Shown piece by piece: positions 1 through 9,607 of a DNA stretch of 64,000 nt. The stretch is from Caproicibacter sp. (lineage in GTDB: Bacteria > Bacillota > Clostridia > Oscillospirales > Acutalibacteraceae). The notes beneath the pieces are model-generated. The model was not told the DNA's origin and did not search any database. It saw nothing but the letters and a program-made list of their open reading frames with translations. The stretch lies in NCBI RefSeq assembly GCF_046707225.1, contig NZ_JBJKOP010000036.1, forward strand, positions 70,832 through 134,831, written 5' to 3'. The translations under genes and the position numbers were made by a program. Positions within the stretch are counted from its first letter, which is position 1, and the number at the start of each line of letters is the position of its first letter.

Positions 1-530
1 TATTCTTTTCTTAGGAAACAGCGCAGCGCGGCGTTTTGGCAGGGTGTGCCGCAGAAAAGGACCGGAAGCCCTTTCTTCAGCCATTCCTGTACTTGAGCGT
101 AAATACGTTGCGTATCGCTCTGTAAGTACTTGGACTGCCGGAGCAGGGGAATGTCCTGCTCCGAAAATATGGCGGCGTGCTCCACCGCGAAGTTTTCCGT
201 GTACCGGGCGCCGATCGCCGCTCCACCGTCCGACAGAACCGCTTTGGCTAGTTCGGTAAACAATCCGCCGGATGTGCTGCCGAGCTGCGTTTCCCGGTCT
301 CTGCTGTAGCAGGCGAAGGCCTCCGGCTCGGTTCGGTTTTCCGGCTTCGCCTTAGAAAGCGGGCATTTTAACAGGCAAAGGCCGCAGTCGGTGCATTTTT
401 CCCGGTCAATGACAGGGTACAAAAATCCTTCTTGATCCGGTTCCATAGAAATCGCCCGGTGGACGCAGACGCAAACGCACGCGCCGCAGCCGGTGCATTT
501 TTCCTTTTCAATCACATCTACCGTCATCAT
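1..530 (-). CDS. Fe-S protein, coenzyme F420 hydrogenase/dehydrogenase beta-subunit (FrhB)-like; N-terminal part only, C-terminus runs off the window
   Basis: My own minus-strand translation from the ATG at comp(528-530) gives MMTVDVIEKEKCTGCGACVCVCVHRAISMEPDQEGFLYPVIDREKCTDCGLCLLKCP. That is two 4Fe-4S ferredoxin Cys motifs, followed by STSGGLFTELAK...FCGTPCQ. There is no stop inside the window, so it is absent from the ORF track. Confidence 0.7.
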   Translation of the reverse strand, partial: MMTVDVIEKEKCTGCGACVCVCVHRAISMEPDQEGFLYPVIDREKCTDCGLCLLKCPLSKAKPENRTEPEAFACYSRDRETQLGSTSGGLFTELAKAVLSDGGAAIGARYTENFAVEHAAIFSEQDIPLLRQSKYLQSDTQRIYAQVQEWLKKGLPVLFCGTPCQNAALRCFLRKE

Positions 531-535
531 GAAAC

Positions 536-1159
536 CTACTTCCAGTTTATATTTTCCCGAATTACACGGGCAGGGATGCCCGCGGCGAGGCAGTGCGCCG
601 GAATCTCTCCGGTAACCACGGCGTTTGCGGCGATGACGGAGTGGTCGCCGATCACCGCTCCCTTCAGAATGGTGGCATGAGTGCCGATGAGGACATGGCT
701 TCCGATCCTGATGGGTTTTGTCATATCACTCCCGGTTCCGCAAAGCTCATGCGAATCGGAGTCCAGAATGGTGACGTTGTGGGAAATAAAAGTGCGGTCT
801 CCGATTTCAATCAGGCGGGTACATCTGATTTTCACATCCGAATTGCATCCGCAGTCTTTTCCGAAAAACAGCTTTGCGTTTTCAAATACAATGATGTCTC
901 CGCCGTAATACAGCGTAAACTCACCGCCGGTTTCCAGTACGGCGTCACGGTCCACGCGAACGATGGTTGAGCGTCCGTTCCTCTTGATGCAGTTGACGTT
1001 GGTTCTAAAATTTCCCCGAATGATCAGCCTTCCGTTTGGCCCGAAGAGAAAGACGGAACGGGAGTAGGGAATGATTTTTCCTCCGCTTTTCCGAACGTGT
1101 CCGCAGAAAAAATTGTAGCGGATCGCAGAAGAAAGCGACAGTTCGTGAGCCAGGCGCAT
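536..1159 (-). CDS. Hexapeptide-repeat (left-handed beta-helix) O-acetyltransferase
   Basis: 207-aa ORF with hexapeptide repeats (IGSHVLIGTHATILKGAVIGDHSVIAANAVV). AAGGAGG RBS upstream. Last-but-one gene of the EPS operon. Confidence 0.8.
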   Translation of the reverse strand: MRLAHELSLSSAIRYNFFCGHVRKSGGKIIPYSRSVFLFGPNGRLIIRGNFRTNVNCIKRNGRSTIVRVDRDAVLETGGEFTLYYGGDIIVFENAKLFFGKDCGCNSDVKIRCTRLIEIGDRTFISHNVTILDSDSHELCGTGSDMTKPIRIGSHVLIGTHATILKGAVIGDHSVIAANAVVTGEIPAHCLAAGIPARVIRENINWK

Positions 1160-1173
1160 ACGGCATCCTCCTT

Positions 1174-2751
1174 TTATGATTTGTCCTTTCCCGGCAGGAA
1201 AGTTTTTTGCGGTCGTGCAGGATTTTTTACGAATTTTTGAAACGGCTGTAAAACAAGTCCCTTTTCATAGGCGTTCAGGCCGAATTTCCAAACAGAAAAA
1301 AAGAACAGCACGGAGTAGAGTAGCCCAAACCCCAAAAACCGAGCAGCGCTGTCAACCGGAAAAAAGCGTGTCACGCAGAATCCAAAAGCTGCCGGTAAAA
1401 TCAGCGCGGGGAAAGTTTTCAGAATCTGTTTCCAGAAAAAATGAATGTCCAGTCCGACTCTTGACTGATAATACCAGTTCATCAGGAAGCCGGAACCCAA
1501 CGTGATAGAGGCCGCGGTGGCTGCGGCACAGCCGACGCCGCCGAGGGACGGGCATAGAAGAATGCTGGCGGTGAGATTGGCGGCGGCGATGAGCGCGTAG
1601 ACGATCGAGCGGAATTTGTGCATGTTTTTGGCGATCTGTATTTCAATTCCAAGATTTTGAATTAAAGGAATTGTAACCGGAACCATCAGCAGCAGGGCAA
1701 TGTGATAAGCCGTCAGGTACGTCCCCGCATATTCCCGGCCCGCCCAACCTTTGATAAAATAGCCGCCGAAAAAAGCAAACCCTGTTAAAATGAAAGATAA
1801 AACAAAAAACTGGATTCTTCCGACTTTGGTAAACAGATTTGTTAAAGATTTGATGTCGCCGTGTTCCGCAACCATCCGGTTTACCTTTGGAACAAACACG
1901 GACGAAATCGCGGTCGAAAAAGAAAGGTATATGGTGTTGAACTGGGAGCCGATGGAGTAAACTGCCACATCGGAGCTGCCCTTCATTTTCCCAAGTATGA
2001 TTTTATCGACGCTCCAGTTTGCCTGCTCCGTTACCATGTTCAAAAAGAGATAAGCGGAAAAAATCCAGATTTCCCGAAGCAGCGCAAGATGAAACCGGCT
2101 GAAAATAAACTGAGTTTTCAGCTTGCTCAGACAAAACCAGATGTTAATCAGCAGACCCGCCACATTCAAAGCGGTCGTGACGACAACCAGACTGATGGAC
2201 CGGTACCCCATCAGAAGAAGCGGCAGCGCCAGAAACGGATTTAAAACGGTTCGCAGCAAATTTACCGTTTTTTGAAAAATATACTGCTCGTGAATCATCA
2301 CGATAGAGTCGAAAACGCTGGTCGGAAATGTAACCGCAATATTAAAAACCATCAGTTTCATCAAAACCGCGGCGATTTTTATCTCTCCGTCCGTCAGCCC
2401 GCCGGAAAAAAGAGAGTCCGCGTTTTTAACCAGGACGGAACCGGCCGACAGCGCTAGAATTGAGATCAGGGTGAACAGGGTCAGAAACATCCCGTTCAGG
2501 CGAGCCATTCCCGTAACGTCCTTTTTCGCCTGAAGGCGGGAATAGAAACGGATATAGGCGCTGTCGAACCCGAAGCTCAATACCCCGAGGTAGCTGACCA
2601 CGGAGTAAACCAGATTATAAACTCCGTATTCGCTTTTCCCCAGAAGGCGCAGCATCACGGGCGTATACGCGATGGCGATGACGCTCTGCGCCGCCATCGT
2701 CGTGTAGGAAAGAACGACTCCTGCTTTTCTCTGGCTGACTCTCGCGTTCAA
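1174..2751 (-). CDS. wzx: Polysaccharide flippase (MOP/PST family, Wzx-type)
   Basis: 525-aa polytopic membrane ORF with a typical Wzx-like N-terminus (VLSYTTMAAQSVIAIAYTPVMLRLLGKSEYGVY). 4-nt overlap with the upstream gene. Confidence 0.8.
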   Translation of the reverse strand: MNARVSQRKAGVVLSYTTMAAQSVIAIAYTPVMLRLLGKSEYGVYNLVYSVVSYLGVLSFGFDSAYIRFYSRLQAKKDVTGMARLNGMFLTLFTLISILALSAGSVLVKNADSLFSGGLTDGEIKIAAVLMKLMVFNIAVTFPTSVFDSIVMIHEQYIFQKTVNLLRTVLNPFLALPLLLMGYRSISLVVVTTALNVAGLLINIWFCLSKLKTQFIFSRFHLALLREIWIFSAYLFLNMVTEQANWSVDKIILGKMKGSSDVAVYSIGSQFNTIYLSFSTAISSVFVPKVNRMVAEHGDIKSLTNLFTKVGRIQFFVLSFILTGFAFFGGYFIKGWAGREYAGTYLTAYHIALLLMVPVTIPLIQNLGIEIQIAKNMHKFRSIVYALIAAANLTASILLCPSLGGVGCAAATAASITLGSGFLMNWYYQSRVGLDIHFFWKQILKTFPALILPAAFGFCVTRFFPVDSAARFLGFGLLYSVLFFFSVWKFGLNAYEKGLVLQPFQKFVKNPARPQKTFLPGKDKS

Positions 2752-5006
2752 CTCCGTTCACCCGCCAGCTTTTCAATTTCCTTTGCCGCGTCCAGAGCCC
2801 TGGCGCAATAGTCCGGCATGACATTTTGAAGGCGGGCGCGAATGGAGTTTTCTTTGTTCATCAGCCATTTGAAGGCATGCACAAGGTCGCTGCTTTTGCG
2901 CAGCGACTGTACCGGTACGACGTAATGCTTGTCGGTCCCAAAAATATCTTTCGCGATTCCCGAAGATTTGACGGAATACCCGACGACAAGGGTCGGCACG
3001 CAGGAAGAATATGCCGCGATGGACGCATGGGTTCGGGCGCACAGCATCATGCGGCAGCGGGCGATGCAGCCTTTCAGCTCCATACAGTTATGGTCCTCCA
3101 CCAGAACCACACGGCCGGTGTCCTGAAAGGGCTCGTACAGATTTTTCATGACCTTAAGGTCGGCCTCCACAACATGAGGGATAAGGGCAACCTGAAAATC
3201 GGTTGAAGCAAGAATGAAACGAATCAGCGAAAGGTAATTCCGCAGAGTGATTCCCTTGCTGCTTTCATATTCCAGAATCAGCGGACTGACGTTAATCCCA
3301 ATCATATGTGTTTCATCGAACCCGGGCGGAAGGGGATGCTTTCGCGCTTGCAGAAGAAACGCCGGGTCCGGGCAGAGCTTTGTGTTTTTGCAGATCCTTG
3401 CGTTCAGCAGCGCGCGGTACGTGATGGATTCACGCGCCGTAATCAATGAATATCGGTTTAGGTCCCTGAGAATGTCAGGGTCCTTCAGCAGCTTTGGTTC
3501 AATGGAACAACCCCACAGGACGGTTTGAACGCCCTTCTGATTCAGCCTGCGGTTCAGGGTCCTCAGAATCAATGGGTACCGGTAGCGGGGATAACAGTAA
3601 TTATCTCCGCCAACGGAGATTGCAATTTTAAAATCCGGGTTTCGAAGCAGGTTTCCGTATACTTTGGCGCATTTCATCCCCGCATTTCCCAGGACTTTCA
3701 TCAGAATCCCGGCAGGCAGCCGAGCGGGATCGTATTGACAAAACGGTTTTCCTGCGGCGCGGACACGCAGGATGCGGTCGATTCCGTAAGACCGGTCGTC
3801 CTCCGGATGATCGGAGAAAAGAATGAAACTGAAATCGGTCAGCATTTGTGCGGTTGAGCGGATGATTGCCTCGCAGCCGTGATTTTTGCTGCTTGCGTGA
3901 AAATAAAGAGCTGCCGTTTTTCCAAAGTTATCGACCGATTCCTTTTTGGCAGACCTGTTTAAAAGCGTGCGGTGCTTGATAGAATGGTACAGAATCAGGA
4001 GCCAGTCAGCGTTTAGCTTGACGCATAAAATCTGCGGCCGGACATTTCTTCGAAAACTGCTTCGTTTTTTCCAGGCGCTGTGAAGCGCTTCCTGAACAAT
4101 GGGCAGTCGCTTTAGCTCCCTGCAATACCGGATGCGCCTGAACAGCCCCAGGGGAGTTCCCTTTTTGCACGTATTCGCGGCCGCAAGAATCAGCGCGTTC
4201 GCGGTGCTGGCTCTGATTCCTTCGTCCACGCACGCCCGGCCGTATTTTGCGGAAAGGTTTTTTCGTGACCACTCTAGAACGGCCATCATGTCCGGCCACA
4301 TGTTTTGTATGTAATTGCGGGTAACGGAGCCGGGGTTATCCCGGTAGAAATAGAGGAATTCACGGTTAATACTGATTCGCTCCGCCGCGTCCACACACTG
4401 AAGGACAAAGAGCATATCTTCCGACATTTTGATGGTTTCGCTGAACTGAATCCCGTGTTTTATGAAAAGCTCCCTTGAAATCAGAACCGTGCAGCTGCTT
4501 CCCATGATGTTGCGCTCGGAGGGAGACAGAATTCCGGACAGAAGCTTCCTCTTGATTTGAGGATCCTGCTCTTTCATGCCGCGGAACTGGTCGCGGCGGG
4601 TTTGGCGGTTCTCTTTCACCATTGCAAAATTACAGAAAACAAGCTGCGACCGGCTGGAAACGGCGTCCTGAATTAATCTGCGGAACATATCTTTAGAGAC
4701 CCAGTCGTCCGCGTCCGCAAACGCGATGAATTCTCCCCGCGACGCTTGGATGCCCGCGTTTCTTGCGGCGCCGACCCCCGCGTTTTTCTGCCGGATGAAA
4801 CGGATTCTCCGGTCCCTTTTCGCATATCGGCGGCAGATTTCAGGACTGCTGTCGGTGGAACCGTCGTCGATCAGAATAATCTCCATTTGACGATAGGTTT
4901 GATCGACCAGGGATTCCAGGCATTCTTGCAATGTTTTTTCCGCGTTATAAACAGGAACGCATACGCTGACGAGACCTTTTTGGAATTCTTCTGATATTTG
5001 TATCAT
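2748..5006 (-). CDS. Fusion protein: N-terminal family-2 glycosyltransferase plus C-terminal polysaccharide pyruvyl transferase
   Basis: N-terminus: VCVPVYNAEKTL...LIDDGSTDSS...FADADDWV (GT2). C-terminal half: ISVGGDNYCY...CARTHASIAAYSSCVPTLVVGYSVKS (pyruvyl-transferase-like). I chose the start at MIQISEEF (ATG comp 5004-5006, GGGAGA RBS) over the ORF-track start at 5111, which overlaps the upstream gene. Confidence 0.75.
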   Translation of the reverse strand: MIQISEEFQKGLVSVCVPVYNAEKTLQECLESLVDQTYRQMEIILIDDGSTDSSPEICRRYAKRDRRIRFIRQKNAGVGAARNAGIQASRGEFIAFADADDWVSKDMFRRLIQDAVSSRSQLVFCNFAMVKENRQTRRDQFRGMKEQDPQIKRKLLSGILSPSERNIMGSSCTVLISRELFIKHGIQFSETIKMSEDMLFVLQCVDAAERISINREFLYFYRDNPGSVTRNYIQNMWPDMMAVLEWSRKNLSAKYGRACVDEGIRASTANALILAAANTCKKGTPLGLFRRIRYCRELKRLPIVQEALHSAWKKRSSFRRNVRPQILCVKLNADWLLILYHSIKHRTLLNRSAKKESVDNFGKTAALYFHASSKNHGCEAIIRSTAQMLTDFSFILFSDHPEDDRSYGIDRILRVRAAGKPFCQYDPARLPAGILMKVLGNAGMKCAKVYGNLLRNPDFKIAISVGGDNYCYPRYRYPLILRTLNRRLNQKGVQTVLWGCSIEPKLLKDPDILRDLNRYSLITARESITYRALLNARICKNTKLCPDPAFLLQARKHPLPPGFDETHMIGINVSPLILEYESSKGITLRNYLSLIRFILASTDFQVALIPHVVEADLKVMKNLYEPFQDTGRVVLVEDHNCMELKGCIARCRMMLCARTHASIAAYSSCVPTLVVGYSVKSSGIAKDIFGTDKHYVVPVQSLRKSSDLVHAFKWLMNKENSIRARLQNVMPDYCARALDAAKEIEKLAGERS

Positions 5007-5044
5007 CCGTGCAGTCTCCCGTCTTGTTTTTTCGGATTCTGATT

Positions 5045-6130
5045 TCATTGAAAAATGGATCGATAGGGCACCGTCTGGCAGCTTCCCATTACAAAATAGT
5101 CGTAAATCCACAAAAAAAAGACAAAAGCAAATATCGTTACGCTAATCCATGTCTTTTTTTGCTCTTTGAATTGCCGGCAGTAGGTAGGGACGAGAACAAT
5201 TTGGGGAATCAGAAAATAGTAAGCAATTCTTTCCGTAAAATAAACGGTCGTATAGGCCGTCAACCGGAAAATGCAGCCCATGATCAAAAGGTTAAACAGC
5301 AGAAACATGCGGGAATCCCGTTTCAGTTCCCGTCGGAGCAAAAAACCGGGAAGTAAAAAAGGAACGGTGCGTGCAAAAACGCCGATGCTGAACGAAAAAC
5401 TCTTGGTTGCCCGCAGATAACCGGAGTAATAGCGCAGGGAGCCGATTCCGCCGAGAATCGGATACAGAATCCGATTGTAGTTCAGGACCAGAAAAATCAG
5501 GGCGGCATAGGAGATCATGGCCGGCGCTTGATATTTCGGCTTTCCGTACAAAAAATAGGCAAAGTAAACGGGGAACAGAATGAGTGCGGAAAGGTGAAAA
5601 CAGCAGGCGAAAGCGGTCAGCGCGGAAAATCGAAACAGCTTTCTGGAAGTAACATATTTTAACGCGTAAAACTCGATTGACATGGCCGCCGCCTGACGCA
5701 TGATATCAAACGAAAGCTGGTAATACAGCAGCATGAAAACAAGCATGCCCAACCCCACGCTGAGCTTTTTTCGGTATTGCTTCAAACAGAGGAAAACAAA
5801 AAGAATCGTGAGGAACGAAACAAGAAAAAGAAGAACCGGGAAACCGCAGCCCAGCGCGATGACAAATCGGTTCAGCAGTACGAACCCGAGTTCCATGCGG
5901 CTGTGATAATGAATATGATTCTGAAGATTCTGAAATTCGGGATAATAAACCAGCAGATAATCCGTCCCGATGCCGTACCGAAATCCGGCGGTCAGAGAAG
6001 GAATCAAAATAGCGTTGCAGGCAAAAAATCCCTGTGCCCGGATATCCCCGGACCGGACGGAGCATTCGGCATTGAGAGCGGTGAGCAAACCGATGATGCC
6101 GTAAAAGATCATGGAGCTGTAAAAATCCAT
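5045..6130 (-). CDS. EpsG-like / Wzy-type polysaccharide polymerase (polytopic membrane protein)
   Basis: 361-aa ORF, about 10 hydrophobic segments, Phe/Tyr/Leu-rich. Sits between glycosyltransferases in the EPS operon. Confidence 0.6.
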   Translation of the reverse strand: MDFYSSMIFYGIIGLLTALNAECSVRSGDIRAQGFFACNAILIPSLTAGFRYGIGTDYLLVYYPEFQNLQNHIHYHSRMELGFVLLNRFVIALGCGFPVLLFLVSFLTILFVFLCLKQYRKKLSVGLGMLVFMLLYYQLSFDIMRQAAAMSIEFYALKYVTSRKLFRFSALTAFACCFHLSALILFPVYFAYFLYGKPKYQAPAMISYAALIFLVLNYNRILYPILGGIGSLRYYSGYLRATKSFSFSIGVFARTVPFLLPGFLLRRELKRDSRMFLLFNLLIMGCIFRLTAYTTVYFTERIAYYFLIPQIVLVPTYCRQFKEQKKTWISVTIFAFVFFLWIYDYFVMGSCQTVPYRSIFQ

Positions 6131-6167
6131 AAGCGCCCCCGAACCGCATTTTTAATCTCTCTTTTTT

Positions 6168-7289
6168 TCATCCTGTGTCTTCCCCCTCAGCTTTCACGTT
6201 CCGGTACGCGGACCGCGCGGTTTCGCGTGCGACAAGGTCCCAGTCGTGGTGCTTCAGGACATATTTTCGCGCCTGAACCGTCTTTTGGGCGGACGGCCCC
6301 TCCTTTAAAATGGAGCAAATCCGTTGCCGGAGATCTTCCGGGTCGCCTTTTCGAAACGTGTATCCGAAGGGTCCCAGCACTTCCGTGTTTTCCGGAATAT
6401 CGCTTACAAGGCAGGGGCAGCCGCAGCTCATGGCTTCCAGCAGACTGATGGGCATGCCTTCTACATCGCTGGGGAGCAGATAAAGGAACGCGTTGCTGAA
6501 GAGTTCGTCCAATTCCGGTCCCCGGACAAATCCCGCCATGACAACTCGTTTATCTTTGGCCGCCGTTTTGCGGATAAAGTCCGTGTAGCCGTCGGAATGG
6601 CTGCTCATCCCGGCCACAACCAGCTTTTTCTCCGTATCGATCTCCGCAAAGGCGCGCAGCAGATAGTGCAGCCCCTTTTCGGGAACGATACGGGCCAGAA
6701 ATAGCAGATAGCAGCCTTGGCGCAAGCCGTACTTTTGGGTAATAAGGCTGGCTTTTCGAATTTCCGGACGGTTCACTCCATTCGGAATCAACAGGGTTTC
6801 CCTGCCGTAGGTATTTTTAAAGTACTGCCGGACATTCTGAGAGAGGACAATGAGTTCATCCGCGTATTTGACCGCGCATTTTTCTCCCAGCAGCAGGAAA
6901 TTTGACGCCAAGTTGCCCCACTTCGAGCGCTGCCAGTCCAGACCGTGAATGGTCGCAGCCGTGCGGATTCCAAAGAGGTGAGGCAGCCAAAGCATGGCGC
7001 AGGGGCCTTCCGCGTGAAAGTGAATCACGTCATACCGCCCGAACAGCGCGTGGACGGCGGCGAGAAAGGAATAGACGGGCGCGTCAAGGCTTTTTCGGTT
7101 GATGGTCGGCACGGTAACAATCCGGATTCCGTGATATTCGCGGTTGCGCGGAAAGCCCTTTTTGCCTCGGTTGTAAACGGTTACCTCATGCCCCATTTCA
7201 ACCAGCCGCAAAGAGAGTTCCTCTACATGAATTTCAACGCCGCCTTCACGGCTGGGGATCCTTTTCTGCCCGATCATTGCAATTTTCAT
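6168..7289 (-). CDS. Family-4 (GT-B) glycosyltransferase
   Basis: 373 aa. N-terminus MKIAMIGQKRIPSREGGVEIHVEELS. C-terminal EGMPISLLEAMSCGCPCLVSD (the E-x7-E region typical of GT4). Confidence 0.8.
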   Translation of the reverse strand: MKIAMIGQKRIPSREGGVEIHVEELSLRLVEMGHEVTVYNRGKKGFPRNREYHGIRIVTVPTINRKSLDAPVYSFLAAVHALFGRYDVIHFHAEGPCAMLWLPHLFGIRTAATIHGLDWQRSKWGNLASNFLLLGEKCAVKYADELIVLSQNVRQYFKNTYGRETLLIPNGVNRPEIRKASLITQKYGLRQGCYLLFLARIVPEKGLHYLLRAFAEIDTEKKLVVAGMSSHSDGYTDFIRKTAAKDKRVVMAGFVRGPELDELFSNAFLYLLPSDVEGMPISLLEAMSCGCPCLVSDIPENTEVLGPFGYTFRKGDPEDLRQRICSILKEGPSAQKTVQARKYVLKHHDWDLVARETARSAYRNVKAEGEDTG

Positions 7290-7305
7290 AGCGGCCTCAC
7301 AAAAC

Positions 7306-8355
7306 TTATTCCCGCAGCAGTCCGGCGGCGTCGTTCTGAATTTTGTTTTCTTCCCCGGGGCTTTCCCGAATAAAATCGTTTTCCTTCAGGCTGTACCCGC
7401 GTTTCAGCAGTTTGTGCCGGACGACCCACCCGGCGGGTACGGAAAAATGCTGTTTCATGGCGGGGGAAACGCTGCCGATCATCCAGCAGTTTTTGGGGCA
7501 GCATCTCACCGCCGTGCGCACTTTTTCCGCTTCGGCGGAATTCCAGATCTCTTCCCACGATTGGTTCTTCAGGCTGCCCATCGGCATTTTGCAATCCATT
7601 CCGTTGCAGGGCAGAACATCGCCGAACGGATCGAGAAAAAAGCCGTTGCTCCCCATTTCGCAGGGCAAAAGACGGGGGTTTCCATAAATGTAATTGATCA
7701 GCCCGTGGTTAAAGTAGGCGCGAAACCACTTTTTGGGCGAATTGCTTTTCAGCAGCTCGTTGATCAGCTTTTCAAATTGCAGCGCCGTGTGGTATTTGTC
7801 AACGATAGCGTTGTCCGTTTTGCGAAAATAGAAAGAGTTGTGAAGCGCGGCGGTCGCGAATTCCATTTTCATATCACGGGCCAGCTCGTAAAGCAGAAGC
7901 AGGTCGTCCGCGTTGCCGTCCTGAACCGTCATGCCGAATCCCACATCCCTGCGGCCGGCGGCGACAAGCTCCAGCAGGCAGCGCAGGCCGTGGTCAAAGC
8001 CGTCCCGAATGCCGCGAATGGAGTCGTTTGTTTTGGGCATTCCCTCTATGCTGATCCGGATTCCCAGCCGGGGGTATTTGCGGCAGAGAGCTAAGATTTT
8101 CTGATGAAAATATCCGTTTGTCGAGATGACGATCCGGTCGGCTTTTCGATACAGCTCGGAAACGATTTCGTCTAAATCATCGCGGAGAAACGGTTCTCCC
8201 CCGGTAATGTTCGCAAATTTCATCCGGGGGAGTTTCCGGAGGAGATCAGGACTGATCTCTTCACTTTTTTTGGTCGGGTCGGCATAGCAGCCGCACATGC
8301 TGCAGTGGGCGTTGCAGCGGTATGTGACGATAATCGATCCGTGTAGATGATTCAT
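7306..8355 (-). CDS. Radical SAM enzyme with a C-terminal SPASM/twitch-like Cys-rich domain
   Basis: CNAHCSMC (CX3CX2C) near the N-terminus. GGEPFL SAM motif. C-terminal CEMGSNGFFLDPFGDVLPC (CX12GX4C) and CCPKNC. Confidence 0.8.
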   Translation of the reverse strand: MNHLHGSIIVTYRCNAHCSMCGCYADPTKKSEEISPDLLRKLPRMKFANITGGEPFLRDDLDEIVSELYRKADRIVISTNGYFHQKILALCRKYPRLGIRISIEGMPKTNDSIRGIRDGFDHGLRCLLELVAAGRRDVGFGMTVQDGNADDLLLLYELARDMKMEFATAALHNSFYFRKTDNAIVDKYHTALQFEKLINELLKSNSPKKWFRAYFNHGLINYIYGNPRLLPCEMGSNGFFLDPFGDVLPCNGMDCKMPMGSLKNQSWEEIWNSAEAEKVRTAVRCCPKNCWMIGSVSPAMKQHFSVPAGWVVRHKLLKRGYSLKENDFIRESPGEENKIQNDAAGLLRE

Positions 8356-9607
8356 GATTGTTTCCTCCGTGCTGACTCAGACTTTTGTATTCCTGAAAAA
8401 ATTTCTCAAGATAGCGTTCGGCGCTGAATTCCTTTTTGGCCCGTTCCAGGGCGTTTTTACACAGTTCAGCGTATTCCTGATCATCCAGCCGATACAGCTT
8501 TGCAATCGCTTCACGAAGGGAGCCGGCGCTGCCGGCTTTAAAAATATAGCCGTTAACGCCGTTCTCCACCAATTCCGGAAGTCCCCCCAGATTGCTGACA
8601 ATGCAGGGACGGCCTTTCGCCATTGCTTCCAGAATGGAATAGGGGCAGTTTTCATACCATTCGGACGGCAGAACCACGCATTTGCACTGCTCCACCAGCG
8701 TTTGAAGCGCTTCGCCGCTTTGAAAACCGACGAAGCGAACGGATTCCGTCAGTCCGTTCTCCGCCGTGAAGCGCTCAAGCTCCGGGCGCTGCGGCCCGTC
8801 CCCCGCTACGGTCAATCCCATGGATGCTCGCGGGCCGGCTTTTTTCAACGCTTTCAATAAGGTCAGAATTCCTTTTTCCGGCGACAGCCGTCCGAAGTAA
8901 AGCAAAGAATCGCCGCAGTGTTCGGGCATCCGGTAAATCGTGCCGACCGGCAGAGGGTTCCTCAAAAAGCGGATCGGTTTCCGGGTGAATCCCGCTTTAG
9001 TCATCTTGTCCTGCAAAAAAAGGGATGGAGACAGATAGAGATCAACCCGGTCGTAGAGCTTTTTCCATCTCAGAAAACTGGCCTCCACGGCGGCAAGAAC
9101 GCTTTTGATCCGGGAATTTTTCACGCACTTTTTCAGGATACACGGCAGGAAGCATCCCCCGGAGCATCTTTCACAGACTGCTCCATGAGAGAGCATGGTG
9201 CAGTTCGGGCAGAGAAAAACCAGATCGTGCGCGATAAAAACAACGGGAATGCCGTGCCGCTTGAGCGGTTCAAGAATGGAAAGCGTAATTTGCCTGTGTA
9301 CCAGATTTAAAACCGCTAAATCGGGCTTTTCCTGTTGAATCAGGCGTTCCATCTTCTTTTTTGCTTCCAGTGAGTACACAAGACGGATGCCGAACCTGAT
9401 TTTTCGAATTGCACGCAGGCTCTTTTCGTTGTAGTCCACGTTCGAAACAAAGAAAGGCGTTTGCCGGCAGGGGATGTTTTGGGGGTTCAGCATGGAAAAA
9501 AAGACGACCTCATGTCCGCTGTTTTTCAGCGCGTCGGCCAGAGTGAAATAGTAGGTCTCGGCTCCGCCCTTCGGATAATGAAATTTATTGACCAGCAGTA
9601 TTTTCAT
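8261..9607 (-). CDS. Family-4 (GT-B) glycosyltransferase
   Basis: 448 aa. [21 protein letters not shown]...; [29 protein letters not shown]. Its 3' end overlaps the radical-SAM gene by 95 nt. Confidence 0.8.
   Translation of the reverse strand: MKILLVNKFHYPKGGAETYYFTLADALKNSGHEVVFFSMLNPQNIPCRQTPFFVSNVDYNEKSLRAIRKIRFGIRLVYSLEAKKKMERLIQQEKPDLAVLNLVHRQITLSILEPLKRHGIPVVFIAHDLVFLCPNCTMLSHGAVCERCSGGCFLPCILKKCVKNSRIKSVLAAVEASFLRWKKLYDRVDLYLSPSLFLQDKMTKAGFTRKPIRFLRNPLPVGTIYRMPEHCGDSLLYFGRLSPEKGILTLLKALKKAGPRASMGLTVAGDGPQRPELERFTAENGLTESVRFVGFQSGEALQTLVEQCKCVVLPSEWYENCPYSILEAMAKGRPCIVSNLGGLPELVENGVNGYIFKAGSAGSLREAIAKLYRLDDQEYAELCKNALERAKKEFSAERYLEKFFQEYKSLSQHGGNNHESSTRIDYRHIPLQRPLQHVRLLCRPDQKK

Noticed and set aside
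5007-5111. Upstream extension of the GT2::pyruvyl-transferase ORF (start at 5111). Similar extensions occur at 12901-12957 (kinase), 38152-38268 (transketolase N), 35557-35571, 34091-34108, 40660-40674 and 41417-41440.
   Set aside because: The extensions overlap upstream genes or lack RBSs. The internal starts have good Shine-Dalgarno sequences and give canonical N-termini, for example His15 in HPr.
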